From positions 1,089-65,088 of the forward strand of contig JAZNEA010000057.1 in NCBI GenBank assembly GCA_045588325.1: a DNA stretch of 64,000 nucleotides, in the 5' to 3' direction. The notes under the pieces were generated by a model. That model worked only from the letters and a program-made list of their open reading frames with translations, ran no database searches and was not told where the DNA came from. This DNA is from Clostridia bacterium (lineage in GTDB: Bacteria; Bacillota; Clostridia; RGIG7378). Each line of letters starts with the position of its first letter. The first letter of the stretch is position 1. A program made the position numbers and the translations under genes. This document shows positions 35,100 through 44,716 of the stretch, in pieces.

Positions 35100-36083
35100 A
35101 TGTTAGTTGTTTTAGTTGGCGGCACGTTAAAGGTGGCTAAGGACAGCCGCAAGTATTTTCAAGATAATGGGTTCCAGATAATCCAGAAGTACAACTATTG
35201 GCCCCAGGATACCATAACCGAGCATTATGATAAGTTTGAAACATGCACAGAAGAGGAGATCAACCTGTGTGAGTTCCAGTACCCTGTCCACAACGGAATA
35301 ACAGGATTCCGAAAGGCGCAGATTATTGACGCTGTCAGAGGTAGGACCAATGCCCTCATGACAGGGTCTCCGGACAATCTCGACTTTTTTAGACAGTTAA
35401 AGGCAGCTTTCAACAAGAATATCAGGTTGGTTTACCTGTACATCGACAAGACAAGCCTTGAAAGCATGACTCGCAAATTCATCGAGAGTGAGGAGGATAT
35501 CCAGCGCAGACTCAAAAAGGGTGGCGAGCTCCGCAAGATGTATATTAGTGAAAAGGCTCTGTTTGACAGGATTGTTGTGTATGAAGAGGACGGCGAACTG
35601 GGCATGGAGGCCTTGCACGTACAATACGACAGCATAATAGAGGAGGCAAAGAAAAATAACAACATTGTGGATCTGCCATATACGGGCTCGGACGGTTACA
35701 TATTTGTAAGTTATTCCCACGCGGATGATAATGAAGTTATGTCTGTGTTATCTGAATTACAAAAAGAAGGCTATAGAATCTGGTATGACGAGGGAATATA
35801 CGGTGGAGCAAACTGGAAAATCATGCTTGGAGAGAGGCTAGAGGGATGCACCGACTTTTTATTATTCTCGTCAAAGAGCTCTACCAAATCGAGAAATGTG
35901 TTTGCAGAGGTTGGTATGGCCCTGGATTTGCCGGAGGCTCATCCCATAGTTATCCGATTGGACGATGCAACCTTCCCCTCTGGGTATGAAATGTACTTAA
36001 AGGAGTATCAGAACATTCTTGCTAGCAAGGATAATCTGATGGATAAGCTGAAAAAAGCTTTGTCACCGGAGACAAAGCAATAG
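35100..36083 (+). CDS. TIR_2-domain protein with a ~190-aa N-terminal domain of unknown function, a paralogue of the TIR domain at 20022
   Basis: The C-terminal GYIFVSYSHADDNEVMSVLSELQKEGYRIWYDEGIYGGANWKIMLGERLEGCTDFLLFSSKSSTKSRNVFAEVGMA aligns motif-for-motif with the 20022 TIR (YIFVSY[AS]H.D...RIWYD.GI..G..W). The N-terminal MLVVLVGGTLKVAKDSRK... is weakly kinase/P-loop-like but not a canonical Walker A. Confidence 0.75.
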   Translation: MLVVLVGGTLKVAKDSRKYFQDNGFQIIQKYNYWPQDTITEHYDKFETCTEEEINLCEFQYPVHNGITGFRKAQIIDAVRGRTNALMTGSPDNLDFFRQLKAAFNKNIRLVYLYIDKTSLESMTRKFIESEEDIQRRLKKGGELRKMYISEKALFDRIVVYEEDGELGMEALHVQYDSIIEEAKKNNNIVDLPYTGSDGYIFVSYSHADDNEVMSVLSELQKEGYRIWYDEGIYGGANWKIMLGERLEGCTDFLLFSSKSSTKSRNVFAEVGMALDLPEAHPIVIRLDDATFPSGYEMYLKEYQNILASKDNLMDKLKKALSPETKQ

Positions 36084-36109
36084 GGATTTAGCCAACGATA
36101 TACGATTAT

Positions 36110-36145
36110 ACAGGCAGGGCGCGCTTTGTGTCCCTGCCTATTTCT
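36110..36145. terminator. Bidirectional hairpin (AGGCAGGG...CCCTGCCT) between the convergent TIR and DedA genes
   Basis: An 8-bp GC-rich stem with T-rich flanks on both strands. Confidence 0.45.
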
Positions 36146-36872
36146 CTGTAGATTCACCCTTGGTCATTTTGCCATAAATAACGTACCCAATGAGGCTGAC
36201 GATGGCAATGCCAGCAAAGATGTATATGGCCACCATGAGCCTGGATTCGCCCAACTCGTTGCCTGCAATTGTGGAAGAGATGATCGAAGGAATGCGGGCA
36301 AAGGTCGTGAGCAGCAGGTACTGCCATATTTTCATGTCGGTGAGGCCAACCACGTAGGACAGCATGTCCTTGGGCGTGCCGGGGATCAGGAACAGCAAAA
36401 ATGTCAGGGAGTTGCGCTGAACAGGATTGTTCAGAATGGGCAGGGAGTTAAGGTCCGTGTCTGGGAAAAATGTGTAGAATAACTTTAGTCCAAACTTGCG
36501 GGTCAGCAGTATGGCAGTGACACTTCCCAGGATTGCACCGATAAGCACATAAATAGTGCCCCATAGACCACCAAATACGTATCCGGCTGCTACCTCCACA
36601 AGTTCGCCTGGGATAAACGCTACCACAACCTGCAGGGCAGTTACCAGGATCATAATCAGGACGCCCAGCCAGTAGTTCTGCTCAACCAAAGCGCGTATTG
36701 GCCCAGCATCCGTAAAATACTGGCGCATGAGAATTACGCCTAAAACTGTAGCACCCACAAATAGAGCAGAGATAATGCTAAGCACTGTGGCCGCTTTGAT
36801 TTTGGCCCCTCTGGAAACGCGGGGCGTGGTGGATCCATTATGCTCATGTGTCTGATAATCGTTATTGTCCAT
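36138..36872 (-). CDS. TVP38/TMEM64 (DedA/SNARE-associated) family membrane protein
   Basis: It is a polytopic membrane protein carrying the family motif ...FIPGELVEVAAGYVFG.... An RBS GGGAGGA lies upstream on the minus strand. Confidence 0.8.
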   Translation of the reverse strand: MDNNDYQTHEHNGSTTPRVSRGAKIKAATVLSIISALFVGATVLGVILMRQYFTDAGPIRALVEQNYWLGVLIMILVTALQVVVAFIPGELVEVAAGYVFGGLWGTIYVLIGAILGSVTAILLTRKFGLKLFYTFFPDTDLNSLPILNNPVQRNSLTFLLFLIPGTPKDMLSYVVGLTDMKIWQYLLLTTFARIPSIISSTIAGNELGESRLMVAIYIFAGIAIVSLIGYVIYGKMTKGESTEK

Positions 36873-37011
36873 ATTATCCTCCCTAGGTTACATGCAGTAT
36901 AACACAAATCTCCTGTTATATAATCATTGGCCAGCTTTTATGGAAAAATTATGTTAACTGTTGTATACTTAACGGAAATAGTTCCTAAAGATAGAGAGGA
37001 CGGGAGGAGAG

Positions 37012-38874
37012 ATGAATCTGCGACGCTACTTGGTATGTTTGATGCTGCTGGTTATAACCATCTCAGTAGTAACAGGCTGCAATATCAGGCTGGTGTTCAA
37101 TCAGACAGAGGATTTGCCGACTCATAGTCCTGTTCCATCTGCTAGTCCGTCGTCTACGCCTACATCTACACATACGACGACGCATTCCCCTACAAATAGC
37201 CCTAGTTTTACTCCCGTGGCAACAGCCACACCTACAGCCACACCAACGGCCACGCCCACGGTTACACCTACAGCCACGCCCACGGAGACACCTACAGCCA
37301 CACCTACGGCTACTCCAACTCCGACACCCACCCCAACCCCTAAGCCAACACCAACCCCTAAGCCTACGCCCACGCCCACTCCACCCAGTGAGCCAATGCC
37401 TGACTCCTGGTGGTACGTGATTACAACTACAGCCAAGCTGCGTGCTGACTCCAGATCCTCTGCTGAGGTGCTGGAGGTTATCGACAATGGCCAGCTGATT
37501 AAGGTAATCTCCCAGCGAAACGGATTCGTTAAGGTGAAGTATAACGGCCGGGAGGGATATGTGTTGAGATCCAGTATCCAGCCAGTGGAGAACAAGGAGG
37601 ATTGCCCTCTGCCTAAGCTATGGCAGGCCAACTGCAACGAATACATAACATTGCGCAAAACTCCAGGAGGCTACGGCATCGACACGATTCCGGTAGGAGG
37701 AGTGATGGAGCTTAAGGAATGGCACGGCATATACGCCAAGGTAAAGTACGGCAACCTGACAGGCTATGTGCTGACCAGCCATATCAAACCTGCAGGAGAC
37801 AAATATTTTAAGAATCTGCTTAAGATTGTAGAGATTACCAGCCAGTATTCCTACTCCCAGATGTTGGAGGATATACAGGCGTTACAGAAAAAATACCCAG
37901 GTCTGATTACTCTGGACTCAATAGGCACCAGCGAACAGGGCAGGGATATTCCCGTCATGCGCATTGGCAACCCGGATGCGGAGCGCCACATAATGATCCA
38001 CGGTTCAATCCATGCCAGAGAGCATATGACAACCTGGCTCCTGATGGCCATGGTGGAGTACCAGCTGTCCCATGATACGGACTTTCTGGCAGATGTCTGC
38101 ATCCACATTGTGCCAATGGTCAATCCCGATGGAGTTATGCTGTCACAGACGGCCTCCTTTGCCCAGGCCCAGCTCAAGATATACAATGACGACCTGCAGC
38201 ACAAGAATACCTGGTACGGTAAGGCCCAGTATGCCAGCAAGTGGAAGGCCAACGCATTAGGAGTAGACCTTAACCGCAATTTCCCTGCAGGGTGGGAGGA
38301 TATTCCATCCAGGGGATTGCCCTCATCAGAAAAATTCAACGGAACTGAGCCGTTGGACGCAGCGGAGTCTCGCGCTCTGGCTGAATATACGCTAAAATAC
38401 ACGTGGGTGGCCACCATTAGCTACCACTCCTACGGCAGTTTGATTTATCACAACTTTGGCGAGAGGCAGGACATCAATCGCCAGTCCACATCCCTGGCCG
38501 AGGCGGTCAAGGCTGTCACAGGATACCTGTTGTCGGATGGAGACGAGGTCGAGGGTGGAGGCTACAGAGATTGGGCCATCGACGCCCTTGGCATCCCATC
38601 CATAACCGTGGAGGTAGGGTGCGCAGAACCGCCCCTGTTGGACAGAGAGTTATATTGCCTGTTTGCCAGGAATTATGACGTAATGCGTGCAGTGGCAGAG
38701 TGGGCTATGGAACAGGAGGTTCCACCAGAGAGGACAGAGGGTGACCCAGGACAGGAGACTCCTCCGGAACCAACAGAGGATATAGGTCAGGAGGCACCCC
38801 CGGAGCAAACAGAGGGACCTGAGCAAACAGAAGGAACAGAAGGAACAGAAGGAACGAATGGAGACATTGAATAA
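37012..38874 (+). CDS. Lipoprotein zinc carboxypeptidase of the M14 family (gamma-D-Glu-DAP peptidase-like) with a Pro/Thr linker, two SH3b domains and an acidic C-terminal repeat
   Basis: It has a lipobox (VTGC), two SH3b-like repeats (...[12 protein letters not shown]...; ...[17 protein letters not shown]...), and the M14 zinc motif [11 protein letters not shown] with a downstream ...SYHSYGS... motif. Confidence 0.8.
   Translation: MNLRRYLVCLMLLVITISVVTGCNIRLVFNQTEDLPTHSPVPSASPSSTPTSTHTTTHSPTNSPSFTPVATATPTATPTATPTVTPTATPTETPTATPTATPTPTPTPTPKPTPTPKPTPTPTPPSEPMPDSWWYVITTTAKLRADSRSSAEVLEVIDNGQLIKVISQRNGFVKVKYNGREGYVLRSSIQPVENKEDCPLPKLWQANCNEYITLRKTPGGYGIDTIPVGGVMELKEWHGIYAKVKYGNLTGYVLTSHIKPAGDKYFKNLLKIVEITSQYSYSQMLEDIQALQKKYPGLITLDSIGTSEQGRDIPVMRIGNPDAERHIMIHGSIHAREHMTTWLLMAMVEYQLSHDTDFLADVCIHIVPMVNPDGVMLSQTASFAQAQLKIYNDDLQHKNTWYGKAQYASKWKANALGVDLNRNFPAGWEDIPSRGLPSSEKFNGTEPLDAAESRALAEYTLKYTWVATISYHSYGSLIYHNFGERQDINRQSTSLAEAVKAVTGYLLSDGDEVEGGGYRDWAIDALGIPSITVEVGCAEPPLLDRELYCLFARNYDVMRAVAEWAMEQEVPPERTEGDPGQETPPEPTEDIGQEAPPEQTEGPEQTEGTEGTEGTNGDIE
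37198..37392 (+). repeat. Pro/Thr-rich tandem codon repeat (ACNCCNACN) encoding a [22 protein letters not shown]...[18 protein letters not shown] linker
   Basis: Visible tandem repeat, near-identical in unit sequence to the tracts at 9889-10030 and 40200-40330. Confidence 0.8.
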
Positions 38875-40084
38875 GACATATCAATACATGTTCGCATTGC
38901 TGCGCAGCAGTATCTGGGGCACAGACAGATTCCCCATAGAGCCCGCCGAGGACATTGCTTGGGAGGAACTGTACCAGGAGTTGCGAAATCAGACGGTTAA
39001 TCGCCTGGTTGCAGATGTGCTCTGCCCTATGGACACCCCGGTGAGCCAGCAATGCCTTAAGGAGACATCTGTCGGCCTGCTCAGCTGGCACAAGCTCATG
39101 AACGTTCAGCAGCATCTTAAAGGTGTGCTGGACCAGGGGGGCATTCCATTTGTAGTGTTAAAGGGTGCTGCAGCCTGCATTAATTATCCCAAACCAACGT
39201 ACAGGAGCATGGGCGACATAGATGTTATGGTCCAGCCGGACAGATACCAGGAGGCCCTCGAGCTCCTGGCAGCCAACGGATATACTTTAGGCAAGAGAGA
39301 GGGCGACCGTCACAAGGAGTTATCCCGCAATGGCGTGGAGATTGAGCTGCATAGGTATTACTCCCTTTTCGCCCAAAAGGAGGCCTTTGAACTTTTGGAC
39401 GGCCTCATTATAGAGAACATTCCCAATGCCATTCAGGCGCAGATAGAGGGGTACGACTTCCCGATGCTGCCTCCCTGTGAGAACGGCCTGGTGTTCCTGG
39501 AGCATATTGATCACCATCTGCAAGGTGGCATAGGCCTGCGCCAGATAATCGACTGGATGATGTTTGTGGACAGACATGTTACCGATGCCATGTGGGAGCA
39601 CCAGCTAGGACCCAGGACTGAGGCAATAGGTCTGCATACCATGGCGGTTGTGGTCACGCACATGTGTCAGATGTACCTGGGCCTCAGGGATGACATCGAG
39701 TGGTGCAAGGGGGCAGATGAGGAATTGTGCCGCCAATTGATGGACATCATACTGGAGAGGGGCAACTTTGGTCGCAAGGACAGGAGCCACAATAATGTGT
39801 CTGTGGTTTTGCACTCTATGTCGGGAGTGACAAATACTTTCAGAATGTTACAATATAGGGGCAAGATTAATTGGCAGGCGTTGAGGCGCTACCCTTGGCT
39901 AAAGCCATTTGCATGGGTATACCAGATATGCAGATATATACGCAGAGGATTTATGCTGGACAGGCCGATTCGCAGTCTATTCAAGAGGGCCCATAGCACT
40001 GCCTCACAGAGAGAGGTGTTTGACAAGCTGGGGGCAACGCGACAGGGCGAGGGAGTACATACCCCCACTGGTAAGAGATACTGA
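38858..40084 (+). CDS. Nucleotidyltransferase-family protein (NTP_transf_5-like, uncharacterised)
   Basis: ...[48 protein letters not shown]... is the pattern of the 'putative nucleotidyltransferase' family. It overlaps the M14 gene end by about 17 nt. Confidence 0.55.
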   Translation: METLNKTYQYMFALLRSSIWGTDRFPIEPAEDIAWEELYQELRNQTVNRLVADVLCPMDTPVSQQCLKETSVGLLSWHKLMNVQQHLKGVLDQGGIPFVVLKGAAACINYPKPTYRSMGDIDVMVQPDRYQEALELLAANGYTLGKREGDRHKELSRNGVEIELHRYYSLFAQKEAFELLDGLIIENIPNAIQAQIEGYDFPMLPPCENGLVFLEHIDHHLQGGIGLRQIIDWMMFVDRHVTDAMWEHQLGPRTEAIGLHTMAVVVTHMCQMYLGLRDDIEWCKGADEELCRQLMDIILERGNFGRKDRSHNNVSVVLHSMSGVTNTFRMLQYRGKINWQALRRYPWLKPFAWVYQICRYIRRGFMLDRPIRSLFKRAHSTASQREVFDKLGATRQGEGVHTPTGKRY

Positions 40085-40117
40085 GATCAGAGACAGAGCT
40101 GTTATTTAGGAGGATAC

Positions 40118-41446
40118 ATGAAAAAGCAGGCGATTCTATTTTTTATATGCATTGTGTGCTTTGTGGCCATCATTTTGTTGGTGGCACAGGAGGGCCCCAC
40201 TCCCACAGGAGATGTGGCGACCAATACTGCAACACCAACTCCGGTTGCAATGCCGACGGCTACCCCCAATGGCACTCCGACAGATCCGTCAACAGCTACA
40301 CCAGGACCCACATCTACGCCGGAGCCCGATCCTCTCAAGGCAGAAAGGGATGCTATGATTGCAAAGCTGAACAAGATGATTGCACAGTATATGTACGATG
40401 AGGCCATCGCAGAGATTGATGCCAACCCACAGCTGGCCAACGATCAGACTGCTGCTCTCTCACAGCAGGCGGCAGACCTTAAGGCCAAGCTGGTCAAGTA
40501 TGATGGCAAGCTGTACCACATTTTCTTCCACAGTCTTGTAGTATATCCGGAGTTAGCCTTTGATTATGACTCGGACCACTATACCTACTGGGATTACATG
40601 GCCACCGTTACAGAGTTTAAGCGCGTCATTCAGTTGCTCTATGATGGCGGATTTGTGCTTTTTGATTATGACTATATAGTGCAGTTCGATTCCAATGGCA
40701 ATGCCACTTATAAGGATATCTATTTGCCGGAGGGAAAGAAGCCAGTTATTGTGTCCTTTGACGATGTCAACTATTACGAGTACATGAAGGACGATGGTTT
40801 CGCAGATTGTCTGGCCATTAACGAAAAGGGAGACCTGGTTAATAAGATCGTCAGGCCGGATGGCACAGTTGAGTACTCCTACGAGGCCGACGGTATGCCG
40901 ATTTTGAATACATTTGTAGACCAACACCCGGACTTCTCCTACAAGGGGGCCAAAGGTATTGTAGCCCTGACAGGATATGAGGGAGCCTTTGGATATAACT
41001 ATACAAAGATGTCTGGAGCGGAGAAGGATGCAGCTATTGCAGAGTGCAAAAAGATTGCCCAAAAGCTCAAGGACGATGGATGGAAAATCGCATGTCACAG
41101 TTATACTCACAAGGTTAGTTTCACAACAGAGACCATTACAGCCTCAGAACTCGCCATAGACAATGCACGCTGGCTCGACGAGGTAGGACAGATAGTGGGA
41201 GAGACTAATCTATACATCTCTCCATTTGGAGCCTATTTTACGGACAGCAGACGAGATGAGTGGGTCAAATCCGGATTTACAATTATCATGCCTGTTTACT
41301 ATATTCAGGATTATTACAAAGGACCCAGGTTCATGGTTCACAACCGCTGCAATATCGACGGTATTACCATGGTAAAGCACCCAGAGAGGCTGGCAGACTT
41401 CTTTGATCCTGCGCTGGTTGTGGATGAGAACAGACCCGCCAGGTAA
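40118..41446 (+). CDS. Membrane-anchored polysaccharide deacetylase-family protein with a Pro/Thr linker
   Basis: It has an N-terminal TM helix, a PT-rich linker, and the ...HIFFHSLVVYPELAF...VIVSFDDVNYYEY...CHSYTHK pattern of a CE4-like deacetylase family common in Clostridia. Confidence 0.65.
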   Translation: MKKQAILFFICIVCFVAIILLVAQEGPTPTGDVATNTATPTPVAMPTATPNGTPTDPSTATPGPTSTPEPDPLKAERDAMIAKLNKMIAQYMYDEAIAEIDANPQLANDQTAALSQQAADLKAKLVKYDGKLYHIFFHSLVVYPELAFDYDSDHYTYWDYMATVTEFKRVIQLLYDGGFVLFDYDYIVQFDSNGNATYKDIYLPEGKKPVIVSFDDVNYYEYMKDDGFADCLAINEKGDLVNKIVRPDGTVEYSYEADGMPILNTFVDQHPDFSYKGAKGIVALTGYEGAFGYNYTKMSGAEKDAAIAECKKIAQKLKDDGWKIACHSYTHKVSFTTETITASELAIDNARWLDEVGQIVGETNLYISPFGAYFTDSRRDEWVKSGFTIIMPVYYIQDYYKGPRFMVHNRCNIDGITMVKHPERLADFFDPALVVDENRPAR

Positions 41447-41605
41447 GGGTTATCTATTATAGTATTTGGTAGTCAACAAGCGCCTTATCCATGAACAATT
41501 CATGGGTCAGGCGTTTTTTGTAATGTTTGCAAAATTGACTTTGTGCTTGCAAATAGGCTATAATTTGTTAGATTCGGTTACTATGCCAGATTGGAGGAAC
41601 TGCAT

Positions 41606-41905
41606 ATGGCAAAGAGAATAGAGAACCCCATATTACACGACTTGTCCTGTGCCATTATGGCATTGAAGAACGAGGACGAGTGCATCGATTTTCTCAACGA
41701 CCTGTTGACCATCAAGGAGATGAACGCCATCGCCCAGAGATGGCAGGTTGCTGTTATGTTGCGGTCGGGAGCCACATATGCAGATGTATGTGAGACCACA
41801 GGAGCCAGCTCAGCCACCATCAGCAGAGTCAGCAAGTGCATTGAGAACGGCGAGGACGGATACACCAGATTATTAGATAGATTATACCCAGAGGTAAATG
41901 AGTAA
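41606..41905 (+). CDS. YerC/YecD-family (TrpR-like) DNA-binding protein
   Basis: ...LTIKEMNAIAQRWQVAVMLRSGATYADVCETTGASSATISRVSKCIENGE... matches the TrpR/YerC fold. An RBS GGAGGA and a promoter (TTGACT, 18 nt, TATAAT) lie upstream. Confidence 0.75.
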   Translation: MAKRIENPILHDLSCAIMALKNEDECIDFLNDLLTIKEMNAIAQRWQVAVMLRSGATYADVCETTGASSATISRVSKCIENGEDGYTRLLDRLYPEVNE

Positions 41906-44716
41906 ATGTTCAAGAATATTATTGACGGCATTATTGGCACATATAGTGATAGAGCCCTTAAGAAGGTGCGCCCGATAGCAGATCAGGTGGAGGCATTGGA
42001 GCCACAGTTCCAGCAACTCACCGATGACCAGCTACGCCTTAAGACACAGGAGTTTAAGGATCGTTATGTAGCAGGCGAGACATTGGATCAGCTGTTGCCA
42101 GAGGCCTTTGCCAACGTCAGAGAGGCCTTTGTCCGCACACTTAAAAAGCGCCCCTTCTACGTACAGATACTGGGCGGTATTGTTCTGCATCAGGGCAGGA
42201 TTTCTGAGATGAAGACTGGTGAGGGTAAGACTTTTGTAGCCGTTTTGCCAGCATACCTTAACGCCTTGTCCGGCAAGGGAGTACACATCGTTACAGTTAA
42301 CGATTACCTGGCCAAGTTCCAGAGTGAGCAGATGGGTCTGGTTCTTAATTTCCTGGGCATGTCTGTCGGATGTATACTCCACGGACTAACCAACGAACAG
42401 AGACGCAAGGCATACGCCTGCGATGTAACATACGGCACCAACAACGAGTTCGGATTTGACTATCTGAGGGACAACATGGTAATGGACCTGTCGGAGAAGG
42501 TTCAGCGCAAGCTTAACTTTGCCATCGTGGACGAGGTGGACAGTATCCTTATTGATGAGGCTCGTACACCCCTTATCATCTCCGGCATGGGAGATAAGTC
42601 ATCTGACCTGTATGTCAAGGCTGACCAGCTGGCAAAGAGGATGTCATCCTTTGTGATTCAGGAGGTCGAGAGCCGCACATTTACCGAGGATGTCAACAAC
42701 GAGGCCGACTATATTGTTAACGAAAAGCAAAAGTCAGTTACTCTCACAGCCAAGGGTAGCGCTAAGGCGGAGAAGTTCTTTGGCATAGAGAGCCTTTCTG
42801 ACCCGGACAACATCACTCTGCTCCACCACGTCAACCAGGCCATTCGCGCCTATGGCATCATGAAGAGGGACAGGGATTACGTTGTAAGAGATGGGCAGGT
42901 TCTCATCGTAGACGAGTTCACAGGTCGTCTCATGTATGGACGTCGCTTTAACGAGGGCTTGCATCAGGCTATCGAGGCCAAGGAGGGTGTCAAGATTGAG
43001 AAGGAGAGCCGCACATTGGCTACCATTACCTTCCAGAATTATTTCAGACTATACGAAAAGCTATCTGGTATGACAGGTACCGCCCTTACAGAGGAGGACG
43101 AGTTTGACCAGATTTATAGCATGGACGTAATCGCCATCCCAACCAACAGGCCCATGATTCGCTGTGACGAGAACGATGCCATATATAAGAACGAGACTGC
43201 CAAGCTGAGGGCCGTTGTGGAGGACGTAGTAGAATCCCACAAGAATGGCCAGCCTATTTTGGTAGGTACTATCTCTGTAGAGAAGAGTGAGCAGCTCAGC
43301 GCCATGCTCCGCAGGAGAGGCGTGGAGCACAATGTTCTGAACGCCAAGTTCCACGACAAGGAGGCAGAGATTGTGGCACAGGCCGGCAGATTCGGCGCAG
43401 TTACAATTGCCACTAATATGGCTGGTAGAGGTACCGATATTCTCCTGGGCGGTAACGCAGAGTTCCTGACAAAGCAGCAGCTGAGGCAGGAGGGCTATGG
43501 CGAGCAGGCAGTTGCAGAGGCCAACGCATATGGCAAGACCCAGGACCAGGAGGTGCTGTCAGCCAGAGCCAGATATGCAGAGCTATATAGTGAGAACGAG
43601 AAGGTGACAGACCAGGAGAAGGCCAGAGTAGTGGAGGCCGGAGGTCTCTATATCATCGGCACCGAGAGGCATGAGTCCCGCCGTATTGATAACCAGCTGA
43701 GAGGACGTTCCGGCAGACAGGGCGACCCCGGCAAGTCCAGGTTCTACATCTCACTGGAGGACGACTTGATGCGACTGTTCGGCGGCGACAGGACATACGC
43801 CCTGGTAGAGAGATTGGGTCTGCCTGAGGATATGCCCATAGAGGCAGGTATGTTGAGCAATGCCATCGAATCTGCACAAAAGAGGGTTGAGGGCAGGAAC
43901 TTTGATATTCGTAAGAACGTTCTGCAGTACGACGACGTCATGAACCAGCAGCGCACCATCATCTATGATCAGAGAGACAGGATTTTGGGAGGCGCAGATA
44001 TTCACCAGCAGTATATTAAGATTATGGCTTCGTTGGTGGACCAGATGGTACACACCTTCTGCACCGAGTCATCCAAATCCTCTGACTGGGACTGGTCTGC
44101 GATAGAGGGATACCTCTGCGACATATTCTTTGACAGAGACGAACTGGACGCATTAGCTATAGACAGGGAGGGCATCAGCAGAGAGCAGTTCCGCAGGACT
44201 ATCCAGGATGCAGTGGCCCAAAAGTACGCAGCCAGAGAGCAAGAATTTGGTCCAGAGACCATGAGACAGATAGAGAGAGTTGTTATGCTCCGTCACGTAA
44301 ACGAGCGCTGGATGGCACATATCGACGCCATGGCAGATCTCAAGAACGGCATCGGACTGAGAGCTGTTGGACAGAGAGACCCTGTGCAGGAGTACAAATT
44401 CGAGGGCTTTAACATGTTTGACGACATGAACAGAGCTATACGAGAGGACTCCGTCAAGGTGATGATGAGAGGCCGCATGGTAATGCCACAGCAGCCCCAG
44501 GCCAACCAAAGGCGTATGGACATCAGGACCATCAAAGAGGATGCCGAGACTGTATTAAAGCGTGACATGAATCAGTTCGAAAAGGCAGGCACTGCCATGG
44601 GCAAATCCGCCCCTGTCAAGCAGCCAGCAGTTAACGATAACAAGGTAGGCAGAAATGATCCCTGCCCCTGCGGATCAGGCAAAAAGTACAAGAATTGTTG
44701 CGGAAAGAACGGATGA
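41906..44716 (+). CDS. secA: Preprotein translocase ATPase SecA
   Basis: There is full-length similarity to SecA, with the DEAD motor (MKTGEGKT; DEVDSILIDEARTPLIIS) and a C-terminal zinc finger CPCGSGKKYKNCCG. Confidence 0.97.
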   Translation: MFKNIIDGIIGTYSDRALKKVRPIADQVEALEPQFQQLTDDQLRLKTQEFKDRYVAGETLDQLLPEAFANVREAFVRTLKKRPFYVQILGGIVLHQGRISEMKTGEGKTFVAVLPAYLNALSGKGVHIVTVNDYLAKFQSEQMGLVLNFLGMSVGCILHGLTNEQRRKAYACDVTYGTNNEFGFDYLRDNMVMDLSEKVQRKLNFAIVDEVDSILIDEARTPLIISGMGDKSSDLYVKADQLAKRMSSFVIQEVESRTFTEDVNNEADYIVNEKQKSVTLTAKGSAKAEKFFGIESLSDPDNITLLHHVNQAIRAYGIMKRDRDYVVRDGQVLIVDEFTGRLMYGRRFNEGLHQAIEAKEGVKIEKESRTLATITFQNYFRLYEKLSGMTGTALTEEDEFDQIYSMDVIAIPTNRPMIRCDENDAIYKNETAKLRAVVEDVVESHKNGQPILVGTISVEKSEQLSAMLRRRGVEHNVLNAKFHDKEAEIVAQAGRFGAVTIATNMAGRGTDILLGGNAEFLTKQQLRQEGYGEQAVAEANAYGKTQDQEVLSARARYAELYSENEKVTDQEKARVVEAGGLYIIGTERHESRRIDNQLRGRSGRQGDPGKSRFYISLEDDLMRLFGGDRTYALVERLGLPEDMPIEAGMLSNAIESAQKRVEGRNFDIRKNVLQYDDVMNQQRTIIYDQRDRILGGADIHQQYIKIMASLVDQMVHTFCTESSKSSDWDWSAIEGYLCDIFFDRDELDALAIDREGISREQFRRTIQDAVAQKYAAREQEFGPETMRQIERVVMLRHVNERWMAHIDAMADLKNGIGLRAVGQRDPVQEYKFEGFNMFDDMNRAIREDSVKVMMRGRMVMPQQPQANQRRMDIRTIKEDAETVLKRDMNQFEKAGTAMGKSAPVKQPAVNDNKVGRNDPCPCGSGKKYKNCCGKNG

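Noticed and set aside
26190-36100. Integrated prophage or ICE explaining the island
   Set aside because: No integrase, recombinase, transposase, relaxase, phage structural genes or flanking tRNA/att duplication are visible. The only repeats found (32053/34083) bracket just the RHS cassette.
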